The notes beneath the pieces were generated by a model, which worked only from the letters and a program-made list of their open reading frames with translations, had not been told where the DNA came from and did no database searches. Below are positions 9,510 to 20,000 of a DNA stretch of 64,000 nucleotides, one piece after another; position 1 is the first letter of the stretch, and the number at the start of each line of letters is the position of its first letter. Source of the DNA: a virus; the IMG/VR virus record IMGVR_UViG_3300025133_008097, positions 32,001 through 96,000 of that record; one strand, written 5' to 3'. Both the position numbers and the translations under genes were made by a program.

Positions 9510-11038
9510 TGGCTTTTAAAAGATATACGGCGAGTGCTGACACGACTCTCACCAACGCATTCGAAGCTAACCTGACTACACGCGGCACTGGATCTAATAT
9601 GGGCTACGCTGATTCAGTAGAGGTTTTTTCCATCTACGGGCAGACGTCTAGCTCGGCAAACGGACAGAGCCAAGAACTCTCACGCACATTGATAAAGTTT
9701 CCCATAGACTCTATTAGCACTGACCGCTCTGCCGGCAACATTCCTGGCAGCGGCAGTGTTACTTTTTATTTAAAGATGTTTAATGCCAAGCATCCGTGGA
9801 CATTGCCTCAAGATTTTACTTTAGTAGTCGCCCCCGTTTCTTCTTCTTGGATCGAAGGCACCGGCTTGGATATGGATGACTATTCCGATCTTGGAAAATC
9901 TAATTGGTTTTCTGCTTCGACAAATACTTCTTGGACCCACCGCGGCGGTGATTACCGTACCGGATCATCAGGCCCCGTGTATAAGCAAACTTTTTCATTA
10001 GGGTATGAAGATTTAGATATCGATGTAACCCATGTTGTAGAGAGGTGGATGCAAACCTCTGGGACGACTCTCCACTTTGATAATTATGGATTTGGAGTGA
10101 TGCTCACTTCGAGCCAAGAAGCCTATGCCGCGGCAGCTACCACTAACGGCGTCATAGAGAATACCGGCGGCGCAGCGCAATCTTATTATACGAAGAAGTT
10201 TTTTGCCCGATCCAGCGAGTTTTTCTATCGACGTCCGCGCATTGAGGCTCGGTGGGACTCTCGGGTTCAAGATGACAGAGGAGCTTTCTATTATAGCAGT
10301 TCCGTCGCCCCCGGTGTCGATAATCTCAATACGCTCTATCTCTATAATTATGTGCGAGGCCGGCTCACTAATATTCCGGGAGTAGGTCTTGGAACTCTAT
10401 ATGTTTCTTTGTTTTCCGGAAACGCGGCCAACACACTTCCTGCCGGGAATGCAATGGTGTTACATAATAGCGCTACCGTTGTAACGGGCGGTTATGTGAG
10501 TGCGGGGATTTATTCGGCATCGCTGTGCATGACATCTTCGTCTGCCGGCGCACCAACCAAACTGTTTGATGTGTGGGCTTCGTTGCCTACAGGGTCAACG
10601 CAGTACAAGACGGGCTCTGTCATTACTAGTACTTTTAAATCATTTGAGGGCGCCCCCACATTTGATCGTGTCACCTCTATGAAAGAGTTGCGATCTTCGT
10701 ATAGCCCCAATCAAACGACTCGTTTTAGGACATTCGTGCGAGATCGTAATTGGAGTCCCACGATTTATACTGTGGCCACCCGCAACAACCCCACAGAGGT
10801 AATCGAGAGCGCATCCTATAAAGTTGTCCGGATGGCCGATAACCTAGAAGTAATTCCTTATGGTACTGGCAGTGATTATGCGACTTATTTATCATTTGAT
10901 GTAACCGGGAATTACTTTGATTTAGATATGAGGAACCTTGAAGAGGGATATATGTATGGAATTAAACTTGCCTACTATAATGATAGTATTGGCAGCTGGA
11001 TAGAACAGCCCGAAACCTTCAAATTTAGAGTTGAATAG
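9509..11038 (+). CDS. virion structural protein with DNRLRE-like beta-sandwich N-terminal domain
   Basis: ADTTL...SRTLIKFPIDSI...FYLKMF...VAPVSSSWIEG resembles the DNRLRE-domain pattern; TAATG-coupled to the gp6-like gene. Confidence 0.5.
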   Translation: MAFKRYTASADTTLTNAFEANLTTRGTGSNMGYADSVEVFSIYGQTSSSANGQSQELSRTLIKFPIDSISTDRSAGNIPGSGSVTFYLKMFNAKHPWTLPQDFTLVVAPVSSSWIEGTGLDMDDYSDLGKSNWFSASTNTSWTHRGGDYRTGSSGPVYKQTFSLGYEDLDIDVTHVVERWMQTSGTTLHFDNYGFGVMLTSSQEAYAAAATTNGVIENTGGAAQSYYTKKFFARSSEFFYRRPRIEARWDSRVQDDRGAFYYSSSVAPGVDNLNTLYLYNYVRGRLTNIPGVGLGTLYVSLFSGNAANTLPAGNAMVLHNSATVVTGGYVSAGIYSASLCMTSSSAGAPTKLFDVWASLPTGSTQYKTGSVITSTFKSFEGAPTFDRVTSMKELRSSYSPNQTTRFRTFVRDRNWSPTIYTVATRNNPTEVIESASYKVVRMADNLEVIPYGTGSDYATYLSFDVTGNYFDLDMRNLEEGYMYGIKLAYYNDSIGSWIEQPETFKFRVE

Positions 11039-11048
11039 TATTTAGGAT

Positions 11049-14000
11049 ATGAGCTTTAAAAATTTATTTGACAAAGCGGAAGCGCGGACAACCTTAGCCA
11101 ACCAGTCAGCACAAGAGGTTGGCTCGGCTATTGAGTCCGAAGCGTTTCAGACACAGGACATCATCAAGGAGGAGAGATTCATCCCCGCGGTGGACTATTC
11201 TTCGGCGTCTAGCTTTGCTCGGTACGGCTCAGCCGAGATGTACTATCGAGATTCCATAGATCGTATTATTCAACAGTACCCTTACGACGGATCACTACGA
11301 GAGAGACTCCAGTGGGAGAATGATTCTACTGAAATCGACCTTTATTTATATGACAATCTATATCCTCGTTCGACCGGCTATATTTTGTTATCCGCCGATG
11401 GATGGGGCGCCCAAACATCAGCGGCCGACGGCTACGGTCTCCCGACATCCCCAGAATATATTTATCTGAAGGGTGGCCCCCACGCCAACCCCAACGGTAT
11501 GGAGAAACTACATCTTCAGTTTACTGGGTCCAATTACTACGATACTGGGTCCAATAGGGGATCCAACCTTAAATACGACCTTTCTGGCTCCGGCGTTACC
11601 GTGGAATTTTGGATGAAAAAAGACGCGTGGACAGGCAACACTACCAAAGAGGTAGTTCTCGATGTTTGGAATGGAAATACGATAGGGAATGGTGATTACG
11701 GCCGCCTTCGCGTGGCCCTAGATTCGGCCGCAGATGGTGGCGCGCCATTTCTAGTCACTCTCAAATCAGGCTCAAAGGGCGTCATCGATCAATCAGTAGG
11801 CAGCTCTGTAACGGTGGCTGACGAGGCCTGGCACCATTACGCTCTTACTTTCATGTCTTCCGAGACCGGAATCGACACGCGGCTTTATGTTGATGGGAAT
11901 CTAAACCAGAAAACGAAGCTCGGCTCTGACGCGCTCAATCAAGTCACGGGAGCATTACAAGGAAATATCGGTGCCTTAGTGACGACGACAGCGGGAGGTG
12001 GAGCGCAATATGCAGGAAAACTCTCGGCTTCCCTCGACGAGTTTAGGTATTGGAAGACGAAACGCACCGGCAGAGACGTCGGTCGCTTCTGGTTTACGCA
12101 AGTGGGTGGGGGCACGAACGATGACCCGATGCCGTTCGAAGATACCACAGTAACTGCCAATACTGATTTAGGCGTTTACTATAAGTTTAATGAGGGCATT
12201 ACTGGAGTTACCGCGACCGATTCTAACATTTTAGATTATTCCGGGCGAGTCACCAACGGTGCCTGGACGGGCTACTCTAGTAGTTCTCGTAATACAGGCT
12301 CGGCCATTATTTCATCCAGCGCGGCAATAAAGGAGTTCCAAGATCCAATTATCTATCCTTTTCATCCTGAGGTTGCCAGCTTACGCACAAGCCTAATTCA
12401 ATCTGGTTCGGAGCATGATGCGGATAACACCGCTATGATGTACAGTACCATACCCAGTTGGATCACTGAAGATGATTTCGAAAGTGGTGAACACGTCCGG
12501 AAACTCACACAGATTCTGTCTAGCTATTTTGATACCTTGCATCTTCAGGCCGAGTCGCTTAATAAATTAAAAGATATCGATTATGTTAGTGGGTCCAATA
12601 AGCCTACTGTTTATGGACACAGGCTTCTCTCCTCACACGGGCTTGTTACTCCCGATTTATTTGTAGACGCGAGCGTGTTGGAGAAACTGGGAGACAGGAG
12701 CGAAGATAGAGTTTTTGAAAAATCCCTATCCGAACTTAAAAATCTTATTTATCAAAACATTTATAACAACTTAAGTTATATCTATAAGTCAAAGGGCACG
12801 GAGAAGGCGTTTAGAAATCTTATTCGCGCTTTTGGAGTGGATGATGACCTGATAAAGATCAACATGTATGCCAACAATGTTGAATTTGATTTCACCACCA
12901 ATCGAAAAAACAAGGCAATAGCTAAGAAGTATGTTAATTTTAACACCATTTCCAATAGTGATGCTAGCGTTTTTCAGTTACGAAACCCGGGCGACACAGC
13001 CAACACGACAGGGTTTATATCCTCTAGTACGAATCTTACCGGCGGATATGCCGTTACTCTAGAGAGTGAGGTCTACTTTCCTAAAAAGTTTAGTCGCAGC
13101 GATGATTGGTATACCGATACCAACATCATTTCCTCATCCTTGTTTGGCGTCCACGCTACAACAACACAGCCGACCGATACTCCTGGCTCCGAACCAGCAC
13201 AGACGGATACCACTATCCCGGTAGACAACGCGACCAACTTTCAGGTGTATGCTGTTCGAGATAGCGTGGATTCTCCAAATATTCAGTTTATATTAACTGG
13301 CTCGGATGGAGGCTATGTGCCCCGGCTCACAAGCTCTTTGTTCTTGGATGTGTATAATAACAATCAGTGGAACGTGGCCGTAAAGATTAGGCCTCAACGA
13401 TATCCTTGGGTAGCTCAAGTTAGCGACGCTAGTAATGCCGGTTACTTTGTTGAGTTCGAAGGAGTCCACGTCGAAGCGGGGATTATTCTCAATAGCTTTA
13501 ATGTTACGGGCACCATCGCCGGCGGCGTCTCAGGCCTCCCAGCATTTATGAGCGGCTCCCGCCGTGTGTTCTTGGGCTCTAACAAAACCAACGTTACCGG
13601 AGCAACCCTTCAGCGAAGCGACACCAAGATAGGGTCATGTAGGCTCTGGCTCGATAACCTTACCACTGAAGAGATGCAAGCGCATGCTCTAGATCCTCAA
13701 AACTATGGTCGAACTAATTCCGGGATGTATGCCTTCCCGTTCCAGTCTTCTGCTAGTTACGGAGATATTCCGGCCTGTGATACTCTTCTGTTGAATTGGA
13801 ATTTTAACCAAAATACTGGATCAAATGCGGACGGAGGGTTTAGGGTTGCTGATCTTTCCTCCGGATCGGCCTCTCGATCGGGCAGTGCGGGATGGCTTAG
13901 TAACCTTCTTTATATGCAGCACCCTGGCTCCGGCTCGGAGTTCGAGGCATCGAGCACTTCTGTCACAGATAAAGATTTTGTAATAACGTCAAAACAAAAT

Positions 14001-17000
14001 CTACCAGAGGCCCTAGAGTCTTCCGATATGATTACTGTTTTGTCACAACAAGATGATGTTGAATTCACGATCGACTCGCGTCCAACCAATTACTTCTTAG
14101 CTTTCGAGAAGAGCATGCAACAAGCGATCTCAGAAGAGATGATAAATTATTTTGCTTCGTTAAGTGATCTGAATACCCTTATTGGCGCGCCAGTTAATCT
14201 ATATAGGCCCCACTATAAAGGTCTTAATTTTGTTAAACAACAGTTTTTTGAAACCGTCTCAAATGACGAGATCGATTTTGAGAAGTTCTTTGAATATTAT
14301 AAATGGATCGATGATGCATTAAGTACTTTCTTGGCTCAATTGGCTCCCGTATCTTTGGACTTTGATCCTAACATTCGTACTCTAATTGAGAGTCATATCC
14401 TTGAAAGAAGTAAATATCAACATAAGTTCCCCTTCCTGGCCAAGTCAGAACCTGATATATCTGGAACGATTGGGACAATCGCCTCTCCCATAACGGTCAA
14501 CTCTATTATTAATGACGCCCAGGGGACTGGTATTGAATCAGCCCACGCGCCCACGAAGCGAGTCACCGGGATGCCGAACACTTCACTGCTTAATAGTTGG
14601 AAGTATGATCATGCGCCTCTCCCCACGGCTTCTTGGGTCGACGGCGCTCGCCCACAGCAGGACGCAGGCTCTTTGGCCTGGTGGCAAAACCGTGCCGTAC
14701 GAGGTGGTGACGCCGAACTCATGGTTTTAAATGCCACCGGAGGCATGCCTTCTGGTGCTTTGGCTGACCGCCAGGTCCTCCTTAACGCGATCAAGGCCTC
14801 CAACAGTCGCACCCTTAACCGCCCCTATAAATTCAGCGGCGGAGGCTCTGTGGTCCTTGGAGGCGTCGCACAGCACATCAATAAGCGCAAAGACTTTGTG
14901 TATGATGCGACAACTCCCATGGGCCCCGTCGTCGGAACCTCTAGCGTACCACAGAATATTATGGTCGCCGTCTCCGGAGATGTTGAGCAACTTATTAACA
15001 CCAGCGATGTTTACTTCCCTTCCCAGAAGAGCCGCCTTGGATTCGGTATAAATCCTTCCATTAATATTGGCAACACTTCATCGGTTCAGTTTTATAGTGA
15101 TTATCCCATTGTGGGCGACGGCGCCACCCTTGCGCCCTTCAGCCTCTACAGCTCTTCAATTGATGATGAGCTAGCAACCGAAATGAGCGCCTTTACGGGT
15201 AGTACTATCATTACGAATATGCACGCTGATTTAGCCTCAACACGGACGGATATTCCGATGCAGGGCCCCTTTACAGAGAAATTTGTGGGCGGCCGAGAGC
15301 ATCGCCACATTCGTCTTAATGAATTTAGTTCAAAGAATCCGGCCTTTAATGGCCTAGACACTAGAGAAAATCGCCCGGAAGGTTTCCGGGTGATGATGGG
15401 CTACGAGTTAACCGGCGCAACGGGAACTACGAGTCCTTGGAAGTCGACCCCCGGGCGCCTACAAGTCGTAGGCCCTCAGTATCCCGAAATAGATACGGCC
15501 GCAGGAATATCCAATCTTTCTGATAGACCCAAAGCTAATCTTTCGCGGGTGGAATATGCCAAGCGCCCCGTAAACATCAAGAACATCAAGATGACAACCG
15601 GCTCCCTAAGCCAGTCTATGTCTGGCACAATCGATCATAATAGAATTGGTAACTACTCCAAGAACTATGAGGTTATTCAAACTGCTGGTCGTTCTCAAAA
15701 CGATCCATTCTTCCAAGATCAGTCGTTCGATTTTGCTCTTTATCCCGAGACCCTTGCAACAAGAGGCCGATTTCCGTTGGAAAACCCGCGCCATGGCGCC
15801 CTTTATTTCGCGGACGGTACTAATTCTACATACGCGGACGGCACGTTGGTCGGCTCTGGTACTTTCTTGGATACAATTATGGGAGGCGCCGAAGCGGCCC
15901 TCAAGCCGCATGCAGTCTCGATGTGGATATATGCGGACTCGTCAGGAACCGATGATAATATATTCTTTAGTGTGGCTGAAAACGCCGTTTCGACCGGCCG
16001 CTACTTTCGAATCTTCAACGTCCAGAGTGATCCTTATCTGTACGCCTGGCTAGGGACCGATGCCGTCTGCCAAAGCACGACTGGCCAATTTCAACAGGAT
16101 GCGTGGAATCATATTGCTTTTGTTACATCTGGTGGCGTCGACCATGGCGGAGACCTCAGTACGTATTGGTATATCAATGGAGTTGATGCCACGAATTCCT
16201 CCACGGCAGGAACCCCTAAGGCCATCACCGCGGACCAGAAGATGTGGTTGGGAGTCTATGGGTACAACATGGCCTACGACTTTTACCCGGGTTATGTATG
16301 TGATTTTGCTATTTGGGAGGCTTGTTTATCCCCAGACAACGTACAAGAAATATATAATAAGGGACGACGTTGGGATTTAGAGTCCAGCACCATCTCTAAT
16401 CAGCTAGCACTCTGGTCTTCCTTTGGCTCTTCGAATCTCAGTTCTGATTGGCGCCGCAATCCAAACGGCAACAGCCCTGCTGGTTTTAATGGCGGCAAGT
16501 ATGGGGGAGGCAACAACACTTGGCGAGTCGGCGGTAGTGAAGAATACCGAGAGTTGAGTGGCGCACTGAACCTTATGTGGACCGGCGGCCAGACACAAGT
16601 CCTTAGTGGCAACCTAGATTATGCTATCCCCGCGCGCACCGGTTCGGACTCCAATCAATCTATCATCGTTAATCGCTTTAATGCGCCCGGCGGCTGGGAT
16701 GTTTCATCTCAGGGTTATATGGACCCCGCGCATGAAGAGTATTCTGTTTATAACGCGTTGCCGTTCAGAAATCGCCATGTGATTAATTATGGCGTATCCG
16801 GAAGTGCCAGTGCGCCTCCCTCGGGCTCCACTATCATCGTTCAGGATCAGATCGATCGCCCCCGGGGCTTAGATCAGCTCTGGACGCTCCACACGGGCCG
16901 CTACGGCGCCGACGCTGCCTTCGGAGAGGTAACGCTCGCAGAGGTCCAGCAGAACGCCAACCTGACCGTTACAAAGCCCTCCTTCCATAAGATTCAGAGG

Positions 17001-20000
17001 AACGCGAAGAAGCGCGTCGTTATTACGGGCTCCTTCGTTGCTCCCCCCGCCGCAACAGATCAGCCTCTTTCCACCGGATCGAGTTATGACAATCTTTTTG
17101 TGCAGCACCCAGTTCCCCGCGCAGATAGGAATTACGCCTGGATAACAGCATCGATGTTTCCTCATGCTGCCTTTTATGGGTACGACCAAAAGGTTTTGCC
17201 CTTTAGTGGTTCCACCAAAGTTTATGAGTTAGCAAGAGCAATTGTTACAGGCCCCAGCGGCTCGTCCGGGTCTTCTTATGTAACCGCCTCGTACCCGTTT
17301 GGCACCGGCTCAGACGTAGACAAGTCCACTTATGCACCGTCCGTTGAGCCTCCCTATACCACGTTGTATGTAAGTGGTAATATCAACTTCGCCGGCTTCG
17401 CGTATGATGAATATGCTACCCGCTATGTTAATTTAGAGACTCATACCTTAGAGCCTCCGATATATATGCCCAACAATCACTCCTATTTGATGTCAGGAAG
17501 TGGTGAGGATGCTTTTGCGGAAACCTCTCTTTATAAAGCAGGAGGCCCGGGCGCTTGGAGAGAAATGGGCGCACGTAACGGAACAACCCTCCCCTCCAGC
17601 AACGCTGCCTTTACCGTGGCTTGGTGGCAAAAATTTGATTTGACAGGAAGTACGGGAATCGTGAACCAGGATGACGACCCTGGCGCCGACCTAGATTATA
17701 TGACTCCATGGCAATGGACAAACCGATGGGGCACATCTTCGAGGCGTAGATTTTGGTTCAAGTGGTATGGAGGTCTGGCCGTACCCTATTTCTTTATAGA
17801 TGGACCGTACGCTTCGCTGGGTGTCGGCGACGGAGAAATTCGGCCCACCAGCGCCATCAACTACTTGCGCTCGGGCCTATGGTATCATCTCGCTGCTACC
17901 TTTGATGGTATCGACCCCGACGGCGCCAATACCGAAGATCATATGAAAATATATATTAATGGCCGCGCCATAACAACAACAGTGGAAGAGGAATTGAAGG
18001 CGCCCTATGGTATTGATGGCCCCCTTTGGATTGGCGGGTCCAGACATAACTGCCACCCCTTTGTAGGAAATTTAGATGAAATGCAGGTCTATAATCGCGA
18101 CCTGTCGGCCCCTGAGATCCGAGATCTCTTTGAGCGCGCCGGCACAAACTTCTTTGGCGCCCCAAACCTCAAAGACAGTATGATGTCATGGTGGAGATTC
18201 GGCACCACTCCTGGCGACAGTGTCTCCGTAATCCAAGACACGATTAGGAATAATGACGCCATACAGTACTATACTAGTGGCGTAGTCTCAATTTCGGATG
18301 CCGTCCCCGCCTCTGGATCCGATGGCGCGCAGGGGAATTTGGACGTTTCCGTGGTGACTCCCACGGGCCCTGGTTCATATAATGCTAGCGCCTCCTATGG
18401 TCTGTATGCTATCACCGGCGCATTTTGGAGTAATTCATCTATCACTTTCAATCAGACAATGCTAAACCTTAACGGGCCATATCAGCATCCCAGCTGGAAG
18501 CAGATTCGCACAGGCGAACACCCCGTCGCTCGAAAGATGAGAGAAACTAATCGCATCTCGGTATCTGATCGGCCGCCTATGGTTGCAATATATCGCGCTG
18601 GCGCTGCTGATCCAATTAATGTCGTCCGCGCGAAGAAACCTCAGGGATTTACCGATTATGTTGAATCGCCGGTCGTCAGTCGTTATAAGCCACTGGTAGC
18701 GGCCTTTGAGGACTTATCTGAAAGTCCAGTCCCCGGCACCCGCGTTCAAATGAAGGTGGCGTGGGGAAACAATATTACTTATTTTACCCATAATGGGCTC
18801 AATAGCCGCCTCAACTTAGAAGTGGATCCCGCCGAAGAACAGGCGTATAACGGCGTCCGACAATTCATCAATAGCGAGAGTGAGAATCTGGGGGCCTATG
18901 TCTCTTACGGAGAACAAATATATCCAGCTGAAGCGAATGCATACAGGCAACAAGTGCGCTCGCGACTACATTATAAAATCGACAATATATGGGCCAACAA
19001 CAGAGCTGATCGGACATATCCTGTGACAAATTCACAGGGGTATTGGGACAATATCGGCCGCGCCCAAGATGGTGGGCCTGAGTCCCCTTGGCCACTTGAC
19101 ACTCCTATGTATATTACGTCTACTACATCATCGACCGGGTATCGTCCGAGCTATGTTACGGCCTTCTCTTTCCTCAACTCCGGAGGCGGCTTCGTTCGAT
19201 CTACCGCTTCTGTTTTTCTTTCAGGAGGCCTGGGCCCCGATGGCATCTCCTTCTATGGCGGCTTTAGTAACACCGGAATGCTACCCGGGAATTTTGCATC
19301 GAATATGCATAATTCCGTTGGTAGTGGAACTGGCTCCGGCGGCGGCGAGCTTCAAAACACTTATAATTTCTGGATGAGAAAGCCCGGGCCAACAGCGCGC
19401 GTAGCCGGCACCACGGACTCCCTAGGCGGCTGGATGACTGGCACCCTCCACCCAGCCGCCTCTTATATCCGTCCTATTCTCGAAGTCGGCCGCGCCGTCG
19501 TTCCCGGCGAAGCTGCCGAACTCGGTGGTCGCCGATTTGCCGCGTCCCTACAAGTCGGCTTTCACCCATGGGTGGCACCACAACAGAGCGGTCTTTCCCC
19601 GTACCGCCCCTATGATGAATATGCTCAGAACTTGCGTACTGCTGGTAAGGAGTACAGCATCGTCCCGGAATTTAGAATTAGCGAACATTTGGAAAACTAT
19701 TTTGGTTCGACCAGAAAAGAGCGCGCCACAAATGGCTTTTTATCCAGATTAACAAATCTTATAGAATTAACAGGTGCGACGGCGGCCGCAGACTCTAACG
19801 CCCGATTTTATAAGACCTACAGTAACAGTGATTTCTTAGAATTGTTTAAGATTGTGGATGAAGACTTCCGCGAAGAGCGAAAACCTTCTCGTTCCCGATC
19901 AGAAGACGACCCCGAAGCTCCAACTCTTCGCTCTCTGGACCTCCAACGCCATGGCACAACCCTTAAGGCATCCGCTTTCCTTTCCTTCTTGCCTTATAAG